Positions 1 through 12,600 of a stretch of 64,000 nucleotides of DNA are shown here, piece by piece. Numbering within the stretch: the first letter of the stretch is position 1; each line of letters starts with the position of its first letter. The stretch covers positions 326,089 to 390,088 of the forward strand of contig NMRA01000399.1 of NCBI GenBank assembly GCA_002633005.1, in the 5' to 3' direction. This DNA comes from Phoronis australis (Eukaryota; Animalia; Phoronida). Made by a program: the position numbers and the translations under genes. The notes beneath the pieces were generated by a model. That model saw only the letters and a list, made by a program, of their open reading frames with translations. It searched no databases and had not been told where the DNA came from.

Positions 1-146
1 CCGTGGTCAATATAATAATCTTTGTAAACGCCGTGGTCAATATAATAATCTTTGTAAACGCCGTGGTCAATATAATAATCTTTGTAAACACCGTGGTCAA
101 TATAATACTCTTTGTAAACACCGTGGTCAATATAATAATCTTTGTA
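1..146. repeat. 30-bp minisatellite, about 5 copies (runs off the window edge)
   Basis: Unit ccgtggtcaatataataatctttgtaaac(g/a). Confidence 0.95.
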
Positions 147-656
147 TGGTGATAATAGCTACAACGAACAGCTCACAATTTAATGTTGTATTCTCGCTTC
201 AGAAGGAATAATTGTGTGAACTACATTCATAAATTGGAAAATTGATATACGTTTTCATTTGATTAGGAATAGATTTGTCTAATTGTGAACGAAGTGTTAA
301 GTTGGCTGGGTTTCATAACGTTAACGTAGGCCTGTTGTAGTAAAAAGTTGAATCAAGAGGAAGATTTTATTTGAGACAGCATCCACGAGACAGATTGCTG
401 GGATCTAGTTAAAGATAATACTCTATTTTAATTCAATGTATTTAGTATAAATGCTGACTTAGAAGATCAGTCTCACTACACTGTTTTGGTTTTAGTTGTA
501 CTCCCCGGATCCGTAGTGCATACACGTGCCTCGGCGGGGTTCATTCGTACTGCATACATGTACCTAGGATCATTGCACTGCCAACCTCTGATAAACTTTC
601 ATTCCTTCAGATTTGTGTATGCTTTTACAAGCACTTCGCTTGCCTTTGTATTTCAG

Positions 657-3600
657 AATTCTCCTGGTCCCCCGGGAAGGCCTGGACCTCCCGGGCCACA
701 GGGGCCCCCTGGAGACCAAGGTGAAAACGGTAGGGACGGCATTCCCGGATCAAACGGTATACCGGGACCCCCAGGACACGTGTTCATCATGCCGGTAAAT
801 GAAGATGCATGATCACTAAATCTCTAGCACTTGCATAGTAAACTGTTCGTTTTACTTGTTAACGTCTTTGATGTAAGTCACGGTTTTCCTTCCGGCTCAC
901 TAACCGGAAAGTGGCTCCTCTTCTGGGAATTCCATGAGAAAATAGTAAAGTTGCGAATCTGATGTCTACGATCTATGTTGAGAAGGAAGAAATGCCCCAG
1001 TTTTGGATCACGAATGGATTACTTTTCTGTCCTCACAGCCTGGAATGCGTGCAACAATCCATTTGTTAACCCAACCCTGGATTCTCCACCTTACGAGGAC
1101 TTTCACTTGATTTTTTGTCATGAGACTGCTACGTGGAAATCCCTTACTCCAGAAGTCAAGCAATCAAATTAGTATTAATACATTTTAAATCTATTATTAA
1201 AAGATTGCTGTGGTTTTACTCATTCTAACGAGACTATGGTCTATTATCGTAATCTGTTAAGTTAATTGTTTAATTTTTTAAATTTTATTGCATTGTACTG
1301 GTTTGTATTGTATTCTCTTTTGTACTGGTATTGGCTCTCTTGAAAAGTAGTGTTATTACTGCAGACGTCAGCCTCATTTTCAGTATCGCAATAAATGAAT
1401 AAATTTCAATCTAAAGTCATTTCATCCAATGGCCTTATGGAGCAACAGCCATTGTGAGCCGCATGTCATTCTCCCGCCATTGTGGGCCGCATGTCATTCT
1501 CCCGCCATTGTGGGCCACACGTTACACCTCGAGTTATTGTTATAGATTGTCCGTGGCGATAAGAACGATCAACAGCAGACGGCGGCTGTGCGACAGATGT
1601 TGACGCAACACATGGTAAGCCTACTCTATGCCCAACTTACGTGGGTAAACTATTCCTAAATGCAGGAATGCATACTTTGTGTGCTGTGATGGAAACAAAA
1701 CACTGCTTATGTTTTTTCTATCGCTTATTGAAAATTCAACTCTTCAGTATACAAAATGTCATGATTGAAGAGATGAAACAGGACTTGAATCACAGTATTC
1801 CACTCATCAATTCATCAATAAATTCCCTTTTTATTTTAGGTTCGATTCCTATTCTGTGATGTCTATAAGCACAAGCTGATGTACGATTTTGTAACCAACA
1901 TTCTCTTTCACAACCTGGTTCTGTGACCTCCATTACACGTTCCACTATTCGTTTCTCAAACCTGGATTCTATGAAATCCACGATAAACATTTTTCTCATA
2001 TGTTTCCCATCTCTTATTTCCGCGACCATTCGCTTCTCAACAGATGTCGATGAGAGGGGTGCCAGGCCCTCAAGGTATGACTGGCTTACCAGGACCTGTC
2101 GGTCTTCAAGGCGAGGAAGGTCCGAAAGGCGAATCCGGTGAGCCAGGTGAACAAGGTGTGCCAGGACTCAGGGGTGGACAGGGTCTGTCTGGCCGTAAAG
2201 GACGACGGGTATGAAATGCAGAGGCGTCTGAATTAATGAAGTTTGTTGAGGTTAATTCACATGTACTTTCTGGTAGTTACTAGTAGGCATGGCACGTGAC
2301 TACTTGACGCTCTTCTAAACTCGCTTTCCATCAAAGAAACTAAACTTGTCCTTTACTCAGATAAGAATTGGCCGATGGCCTGTCATGACAAGCTTGTTGA
2401 GCCATTACGAGTTGTGAGTTCTCTCTTAGTCCAGTCTATTCTTCTTACTTGAAATCGAAGTCGAAAATATTTTTCAAACTCATGACAATTGTCTGTCATT
2501 CCGTGTTCGATTTTTATTGATTACATGGAGGAGTGTCTAGTTCAGGTTTGCACTTGATGACCCCTATATAGGTGCTGCAAAGTCAGTAGAAATTCGAGAT
2601 TTGGTGTAAAACGTCGAGATTTCGAGTTAGGCTCGAACTTGAATATTGGGTGTCACAAAGTGCAAAGTATGATTACACAATCATCCGTGTAAACCTTAAT
2701 ATACTTGAACACAGTACACATTCATCCGTGTAAACCTTAATATACTTGAGCACAGAATTGTAAACAGTTATCTTGAGTTCGCATTACAGTAGAACGGGAA
2801 GTGTCAAGCATGTTCGAGTTGGGTTTCTAGTTGTTAAAAGAGTAGACGTCGGGCCCTGAAATTATCTGTGAATGGTCTAAATAAAGGGTGAGCGGTATTT
2901 TGACGGTAGGCGGCTCACTTAATTATAGACATCAAGATGTGCACGGGCCAATCGAAACATTTTCTCTTAAATGACGCTTATTTTTCGCTTTCATTTAGGG
3001 TGTTCCAGGAGAAAATGGAGCCCGTGGTTTGTCTGGGCTTCCAGGTGCCAAGGGTTTGCCCGGCTACCCAGGTCTGACTGGATTGCCCGGTGACAAGGGC
3101 CCCGCTGGAATACCGGGGTCACCTGGTCCCATCGGTGCCCCTGGTCGCGAAGGTGCAGCTGGCGATCAGGGTCCTCCGGGACCAAGTGGTGTGCCGGGAG
3201 AAATGGTAGGTGTCAGAAACTCTAAGAGAAAATATATGTTTCACATTTCGCAATTTGCAGCAAATGCCCCTGAGAAACACAGCTTCAATAGAGAATTATT
3301 CATTTTTATGCGCCCACAGTTATATGTGGTCGCATATTGCCGTCATATCTGTCCTGGTGTCCGGCGTCTGCGGCTGTATCTCCTAAGCCCCTTGCAGGAT
3401 GTTACTGAAATTTGGCAAGTGTGTTCCTATGGGGTTGACGACAGAGGGCGACGAGTTTTGGACCGACCCGAATACCGCTGTGCCCCCTAGAGGCAATTTT
3501 AGTTTTTTACGTTCGCCTCTGTTTCTTCAAAGGTCCTCAACCGATTTTCATGAAACTTGGCAGATAGTCATCTATTAATGAGTTGATGCTATCCTCTCGT

Positions 3601-6600
3601 TTTCGGATGGATTCGAGGCATTTTGCGCCATCTAGTGACCATTTTTACTATTCTCAAGTCGTTTTTTGGCGTTCGCCCATCTTCCAACCAAACCACTCTA
3701 AGGATGATTGTGAAAGTTGGCATGTATGTTCTTACTATGTAGAAGACAACTGACGATTTTTCGACGACTTCGACTACTGTGTCGCCTCCTAGTGGCAGTT
3801 TTGTTTGTTTTGTCGCCCATGACTGTATCTCCTAAACGCTCTACATGATCTTTATTACATTTAGCAATTGTATCAATATGAAGTTGACAACGGACGAGGA
3901 CGACTTTCGGACAGTGTGCCCCCTAGTGACAATTTTATTTTTTTACGTTCACATCTGTATTTTCAAAGGTCCTCAACGGATTTCCATAAACTGGCACAAG
4001 CATATTTATTAGTGAGGTGACGCTAGCCATTCATCTTCGGATTAATTCAAGGTATTTTGCGCCACCTAGGGGCCATTTTTTGTTGCTTTGGAGTCTGTTT
4101 TTTAGCGTCCGTCCCTCTGTCAACCAAACCACTCTAAGGATGATTGTGAAAGTTGGCATGTAAGTTTTTTCTATGAAGAGGGCAACTGACAATGATTTTC
4201 CGACGACTTTGACTATTGTGGCGCCTCCTAGTGGCGGTTTTGTTTTTTTTACCCATACCTGTATCTCCTAAGTCCTCTGCAGGATCTTTATCAAATTTAG
4301 CAGGTGTATCTATTTAAAGTTAACAAGAGAAGACGATTACTTTTAGACGGATCCGACGAACACTGTGCCCCTTAGTGACAATTTCTTTTTTTTTTCGTTT
4401 TCCTCTGTTTCTCTGAAGTTCCTCAACGAATTTTAATGAGATTTGGTAAATTGCTTGCTTTTAAAGAAACTATGACATTTTCTGGTTTTCAGACGGATTC
4501 GACGTATTTTGCGCCTACTAGTGGACATTTCAATGATACAAATAAGCAACCCTAAAAGCACACCATTTGAGATGCATTCATGTGTATTTCAACGCGCCGC
4601 GTTGCTCTTGTTAAGGTCATACGATTCATCTTGTGACTTAACGAAAAGAAACAAGATCTCTGTTATAAATCAAGAGGAGACAGTGATTCCTAATGGGTAC
4701 AGGACCCTGTCCCGTAGGAGCAGGGGTGTCACCAATTACAACAATTCCACAAGTGAATTATTTAATGTAAGCTGTATGGTGAATACTGAAAGAAAACAAT
4801 GAATAGTGTCAGTATGCTGTACCATTTACAAGGCATAAAAGCGCGCGAATGAGGAAGATAAAACAAACCCCACACAAGACAATAAGTCCAATGAAATACA
4901 GGGGAGATAATTTCTAAAGAGACCGAGCTACACCAAAGGGATATCTAGAAATATCTGGAATCTAAATAAACAACAATGAAAGTTAAATACTCTGAAACTA
5001 ATAGTGAAATGCACCACAACGACGCGTCTCGCAAAATCGGTAACAAACAATGGCAGATCGAAAGGACTGCAAATAAACCTACAGTACGGAAAATACGAGA
5101 ACACTAAGACAAATACCTACAAGAACGGAAGGGAATGTGACTAAATAACGAACTACTTACAACTATCCACTGTAACAAGGCCAAATTCTGGGAATAACTA
5201 CGTAAAATAACTCCAATAAAAACTGTGCCGAGCATGCGGCGTCCAAAATGGCAATCTAAAGGCGACATCTAACGAGATACTTAAAAAACTAGTCCAGGAA
5301 GGGAGAGTGAGGCAGAATGAGCATACGTGACACGACATTGAGTATCCACCTCCTGTTCAATACTACTGGACCCCATTGTTAGACCCGTCAGGCCTCTACC
5401 TCCTCAGCTCCGTGTAATTTGTGTGTAAATGTGTATCTGTGTTATATATGTATATTCACAAACGAAGGTTTCTGGTGTTTGGTACAATGGGCACGGCTGA
5501 GCGGAACTATGTGTAATGGACCACCTGCTCCATTTTTGTCACAAAATAGTGTTTCGAAATTTATCCGTCGCACCTGTGTGATTACGCGTGCATTTGATGA
5601 TACAGTATTTGTTATTGGAAGGCCTCGTTTGCGTTTAACATTTATTTGCATTTCAGGGCGTACGTGGATTTCTCGGACCTCGAGGAAGACCCGGGCCGCC
5701 GGGACATCCGGGTTTCCCTGGAGAACAAGGCGCTGGCGGGCCTACTGGCGAAATTGTAAGAAACTACTACTGACCGCATATTTGCTCACGTCGAGAGTGT
5801 TGCTGATAATATTCAACTGGCAGTAATACAATATGACGTGCAACGGTTCATATTTAACATATTGTGTTCAAGTCGTCACCTGGTGATATTTCCATTTGTT
5901 CTTTAGATTTGTTAAAAACAAATGTTGTCGAATTATTCAATTCAAGGAGCCATTTCCCTGAATATCAGTTTTACTTTTTCTGAAAAAATATTTAGAGGAG
6001 GCAGTGTGGCCTGGTTGATAAGTGCCCGCTTTCTTTACTCGAGGTCGTGGGTTCAAGTCCCACCAGGTCACACTGCTAAACCCTTGAGCCAGGTTTCTAG
6101 CTCCTCAGCTCGGTTTTAACCATATATCAGAAAAGCATAAAAATATTTCCAGGTGATCAGTGCAATGGGCCCACATGCGAGGCCTGCGCACGTCTGATAC
6201 AACGTGTATCAGACCGCCTGCAATTATTTTTTATATATTATATTCTGAAAAAATATCTTCCAGTTGATGCTTTCAAAAATAAACGCGGTTGTTTGATCTC
6301 TCGCGGTTGCAAGTTTTAACGTAAAAGCTCTTGACTACAGTTATACAGAGCTCTTGATTTGCGCAGTAATATACGCAACTACTTAACGAACCCATGTTGG
6401 ACCGTTTCATCATCCGCTAGTTTGTTAATCGGCATCAACTTAACTGCGATGTAATAATTCATGTACCTCCTCCCAGATGTTTTGTGGCATTTCATATTTT
6501 AAATTTCCATGTTACAGGGCGCAATGGGACCGCCCGGCCAGCCAGGCACGTCTGGTCAGACGGGTCAGCAGGGACCCCCTGGTCCTATTGGTTTCCTTGG

Positions 6601-9600
6601 TCCGCCTGGTGTCCCTGGTCCTATAGGGAAGCCTGGAATTCCGGGCCATCCAGGTGTGGATGGCAACCCGGTAAGTTGAGATGGACACGTTGGTGTTTGA
6701 ACGCTTACCGCCCGTCGTTGTGATTATTTGGTCACAAAAAGTTTCGTCGACGATCCGATGAATTTGCGATAAAAATATGGCATGTCTGGACCACCCGACC
6801 GGGCATCGGCATAAAAATCATCAAGCGTCACTACTGATCCAATGAAAAATCGCCCGATCATGCTGGGCATCGCTGCATCCCGAAATCCTCGTGCATTTCC
6901 GTACCCTCAAATTTCCCCTTGGAGGTGAACGCTGTATGCGTATATGTGGACTTCACTCATATGGCAGGTCATGTGACTTTCAAACTGGAGAATAATTGGC
7001 CACATGTCTGAAGTTCTCACATGCGCACATAAATTTCAGCGCCATGCAGAAATATGAGGCTACAAAAATACCTGAGATGTTCCAGATGTACACTGGTACA
7101 GAATACTTTCCGCGGGATCGGCCTAGCAACTTGTTGAGACTAAAAGGAATGGAGTGTGGCGTGTAAATTGCTAATTTACTTTAAGAACGAATTTTGTGCC
7201 AAGCAAGATCTGACGTAAATGATCAATCTTTATCCCATACGCTTTGAATCAGTCGCGTGCAATACGGCCATGCAATATATATAGTTTTCCGCACTACTTC
7301 AACAGTGACCTCTGACATGGAAAGTTCAAAAGGTATGTCAATGTTGACTAGACGTCGTTTGCCGGTTCGATCACCAAACTTTCCGAAATAGTTTAAAGTA
7401 ATTCAATTGCAGCAGTGTAAATAACACTCAAAATGCAATCAGGTCCCAAATGTAACATCTGGTACAAAACTGTTAATTATATGACACTTCTGTCTAAGAT
7501 TTCAATAGCTAAATATTATACCGTCTGCAACTCAGGCGCCGATTCCTCTGTAACAGTATCAAATATTGTTGTTATTTAACTATTCAATGCACGCACAATT
7601 GCCGTTGTTTTCATCTTTGTTATCTCTTTTCAAGTAAGAAATCGTTACATTTTAAACTTACTACAGAAAACTTGTAACCTAACGCGCAAGTATATACATA
7701 TAGAATGCGATCCGCCACGTGAACAGTCTGGGTGAAGTATTTAAAAAATCAGCCGAAAAGGTGAAAGAAACTTAAGAATTCGAAGCTTATGGTATAAATA
7801 CAAAATCCGTTCTCGGTCGATACGCGGAATAATGTCTCGTGGGATATTACTTCATCTACGCCATTCTCGGTACGTTTTGTGTATTTATTTAGTTTATACC
7901 GTGACTTAGTACTAGGCACCGTACTGTTTCACCCTTGTTATGATTTAAATCTACATTGCGTATTTTGACCAACAATTGTGTCTTGGCGTTGCAGGTTTTT
8001 CACGTTCTAATTTTCGTCTGTAGGGTATGCCAGGACCTCGTGGTCTATCGGGAGAAAAAGGCGAAAAAGGACCGGAAGGACAGCCAGGCCCGATGGGATA
8101 CCCAGGGCAACGTGGGTTGAAGGTAAACACGAAAACCTTAACTTAACGGTCATTACACTTTTTGTGACCTTGGGCATCTCGCGTAGTACATTGCAGTATT
8201 GGAATCGTTTACATTATAGCTCTCCTACTAAAAGAATTCGAAAGCTCTGATATAAAAACTCGTTCTGGTAAGGAACGCTCGCCACATCCTTGCTATGGAA
8301 ATTAACAATAGTTAAGGGATGTCGATACTGAGTACGAAACACGTTGTTTTGTGCTAATTTAATTTGATGTTTGGAAAATGTTAATTCTGCCTACACGTAC
8401 GTTTGTTTTAAGAGTTTATCCGATTTACCTTACTCAAACCTGCGCAGTCATTTTCCTTATTGTCGTCTTTCTCTACCTTCACGTTAGGGTGATTCGGGAA
8501 AACGGGGAGCTCGAGGCTTTAAAGGTGAGATAGGGCAGATGGGGACAGACGGACCAAAGGGAGCTATGGGCCAGAGAGGCGAAGTTGGATTGAAAGGAGA
8601 TAGGGGCGTAAGGGGCGACGATGGACCACAGGGACCAAAGGTATGGATTTGTGGTTTTAAAAGAAACCTCGGAAACGTGACATGCAGTAAATTTTCATTG
8701 TATTATACGGCGCTGTCGTGTATTTTGACAAGATGGGGTTTATTATTTCGTTAGTGTACAAGTTAATCTTTTTCTAAAATGTAGAATCACATGATCAAAT
8801 TCCGCTACTTGAGCTGGTATCTAGATGGCAATCCTTTGCAAACATTTTACATTGCAATCGCACCTGAAGCGTAATTATGGAGAACTCTGTCAGAGACGAA
8901 TCGCCCAATGAGTGCAAATTTGATTACAGGGTGCTGTTGGACCGGTCGGCGAGACTGGGCCTTCGGGACCACTTGGAGAGAAGGTAAAGTGCAATCCTTC
9001 TATACTTGAGCCATTCATTTTATCTGTTTTTTTTTTAAAGTTATGACCTCTGATCTCTTTCCTTGGAACATTGATCTCACTATCTTCTTCATCAAGACTA
9101 GAATGGATCTTTGAGTTGTTGAAGATTAGGAGTCCGTTTCTGCCTAACTCAGATCAAAGTCAAGCTAACTTAAGACCAAAGTCAAGCTAACTTAAGACCA
9201 AAGTCAAGCTAACTTAAGACCAAAGTCAAGCTAACTTAAGACCAAAGTCAAGCTAACTTCAGGCCAAAGTCAAGCTAACTTAAGACCAAAATGTCTTTGT
9301 CCCGTTTCATGAAATTTGTTAAGACCAAAATCAGTCTAAGCTAAGACTTGCTACGGAGTAGGTTTAAGATTGCACTATTATCACTGTAAACTGATGAGAA
9401 ACGAATTACGTTGACATTTTTCTCAAACTTATGTCCCTACCTAAGCAATGTCAAATTGAAGATAGTCTGTAATCGGCCATGTAAGACAATGCGGCGCGAC
9501 TTACCGGCATATGTGAAGTGATATTTTTCGGCTAGCTACACTGGGGTCTTCTCAGGCAAACAGGATCCAATTGTGTTCAAAATATACATAGATCTTTCTG

Positions 9601-12600
9601 ACCATCCGTCTTAACTTAGCCTGAATGTCGGTCTTATCTTATAAGTCACATTTACATCACAAAAGTTGACACGGATCAGTTGACACGGAACGTGATGATC
9701 GGGCGCAAGTATGTGTGTAAACAGGACTGACAAGGAGCAAACTGACACCACGGTGACAACTTTTGTCACCCGTTTGTGAGGCAGAGCAAGTTATGGCCGA
9801 TCATCTTACTCGCGTCGACAATATGTCTAAACACGAAACTGGGGCAAGACGGAAGGGATTATCTCTATTGCGCTTGTCAGTTGCGCCGTGTCAAAACTAA
9901 AACTTAATTTCTAATTAAAACCAGTTTCATATTGGAACCTTTTGTATTGTTTGCGCTTTAATAATTCGAATTAGCGTTCCTAACTACACGTGATGAAACA
10001 TGGACCAAAGTAAGTTCACTGAACGCGTCAAGGAGAAAATTCGCCATTTCTATATTTATTCCAGTTTGAAGTTCGCGTTCAGTTTGACCTTGTGAGCGAG
10101 GCGTCCCGAGACATGCAGAACAAGCACTATAAATCGATCCATAATTTCTAATGTTGCCAGAATTTGGGGTGTGGGATACGACTACCATTAAATGATGCCA
10201 TTCATTATTTAATTTTCACCTTAGTTATCAACGTATGATAGTTGACAAGAACTTACACCAGTTGAAGGCGAATTTTATTCCTTACGTGAACACTAACTTT
10301 TGAAATGAGTTAATATCTGAAAGTTCCTATAACTGAGTGAATTTTGGGACCTACAAGGGTTTCCTTGATAATTACTTTGAGCCTTGAGTTGTTCTATTCA
10401 AATTTATGCTAGACCTCAGAAATTATCAATTTTCTTTCTGTAGTTCATTTCTACTACGTTCTGAAACCAAGTTGAGAACACGAATGTGCCGTTCTGATTC
10501 CAGGGACAAATGGGTATTCCCGGATTTCCGGGCTATCCGGGTCCTCCAGGCGAGAAAGGTGGTACCGGAGCTACAGGTCGACGCGGACGAGATGGGCAGA
10601 AAGGTTCCACTGTATGTATATCTCAATGATAATAATAGCTTCACATTGACATTTCAGGGACAAATGGGAGTTCCCGGATTCCCGGGTTACCCCGGACCTC
10701 CGGGAATGAAAGGTCACCACGGCGCCACAGGCCGAAGAGGCCGAGATGGTGAAAAGGGATCACCCGTATGTTATAACTGTCTGCCACCGGTGTTTCACGC
10801 TTGTCGCCGAAAAAAAATTAAGCTGACGTGTGCTTTTGTCTTATTGTGTAACCGAAATGCTTGCTTCTTCTCGTTCTGTATGTTGTGTTGAAAGTACTAA
10901 GCATTTAGTATCTAAAGCTTCAGTGTTTTGAGCAGTGCTCTTCGAATAGCCATGGATTATGACAACTAGTTAGATGCTTTAGATTACGCTGTACATTTTA
11001 TAACAAAATTGCTTTTTAGTTTATAATTAATGAAAATAATTTGAGCAAATATCTGGAAAACCCGGAAATTGAAGCTTGTGATTGTGCTGTTACGTTGCGT
11101 GTGTTAACACAGTTACGTGCATTGTAGGCTTGAGGAAACAAGTGGCCTTTTATACTGAGACCAGGCTTCCTCCTTGAACTTCTTGATTAATTGCGGCCTA
11201 AGACAAGAGCTGATTTCCCATTGAAGTTTCACCGTGTTTTATGGAGGAATTTTGTGTCGTACAAGGAAGCGATTGAGCTCATATAATGACCACGCGTGAA
11301 TGTTTACTTTAGCTATCTATATTGTGATATGCTTTGTATTGTAGTTTGATTTTCCGAGATGAAAATGCTGTCGATGAAAACGTGTTTACAATATGCAGTA
11401 ATCAAAGAGAGTCAGGTCTGTCAACAGTTTTATAATACTGTGGTCAAATGATTAAGGAGTCTGGTAACCATATATTACATCTCCTCATTATGCTGTTAAT
11501 TTGCTGCAGGGAGACCCCGGTCCTATTGGAGAAAGGGGGTCACGAGGCCCACGGGGTCAGCGAGGCGAGCGCGGAGGCCCAGGTCCTGAAGGTGAGCTTG
11601 GATTGTAGCCGCGCAACACACGCCACAAAAGCAGAAAAATATCATTTTATAGTATCACTTTAATGGGAAAGGTTATGTTAGAACATTAGATAAAAACCAT
11701 GTACCAAAATTTGACTGTAGCCTCTTACATAGGTTCCGTATTTTGAGAACCAGTCCGATGTTCGATGGAGAAAACTAAATAAATTCTCAAAATGCGATAC
11801 CCTGTATAGCCATTACCCTAAAGCTGTTTGAAGGCAAAATTGGATGCAGCCACAAGAAATGTTTCATCCTGTGCATGTTTTGTGGAAATCTCACGCCATG
11901 AATGTTCTCAAACGCTGATACATTTTGCAGGACCCATTGGTGCAAAGGGGGAATCAGGTCCCGCCGGACCACCTGGAGCAACAGGAGTGCAAGGTCCCAT
12001 GGGACCACAAGGCCCACCAGGCTTTCTTGGACCACCAGGAGGTGCAGGGTTCCCCGGAAAGGACGGTCTTCCCGGACACCCTGGAGACAGAGGCGAAGCG
12101 GTAGGCACCTTGGCCTTTGTCTTACTTCTGCGACATAGTCTACTACATATTTACTGAACAGTTACAAGTTCTACTAGTCAGTGTTCTTGGGAGCTTACCA
12201 ATATGTACTATCTGCCACAGGTCTTCCTCTGAAGGAGAGTGGAAGGTAGAAGAACGATAGGCACAAATCCGTAGACATGTGAAATACGTCAATTTACTTT
12301 TATCTTGTTCCTGATGCATCAGCTGCAAGCCACAAAAGAATTTCTCAATAGATGGAGCTGCATACACTCATCCCCGTAGTGAGGAGTAGCCCTTTGAAAG
12401 AACCATGTAACGGCTTCTCATGAATTAACTGAACAAAGCCACATTCTGACGTTCCGATTGGTAGGAAAATAATACAAAGACGTTCCACTTAGATTTTGGT
12501 TAATACATACAAATACTGCGGCGTTGACCGATGAAAAAACTCTTGGCGAAGAGTGTGGCATGCTGGTAAAAATTCAAAGTTGTGTTTTACACGTGCTATT

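Noticed and set aside
5999-6072. tRNA gene
   Set aside because: A/B boxes are present but there is no proper cloverleaf; it continues into a SINE body with a TSD.
10504-10765. Duplicated exon as an assembly or haplotype artefact
   Set aside because: The copies differ at many synonymous sites and their intronic flanks are unrelated, which does not fit allelic or collapsed duplication.
11908-12108. Antisense Pro/Gly-rich ORFs over collagen exons (also 16378-16608, 26752-26973)
   Set aside because: Shadow frames of GGN-CCN-rich collagen codons.
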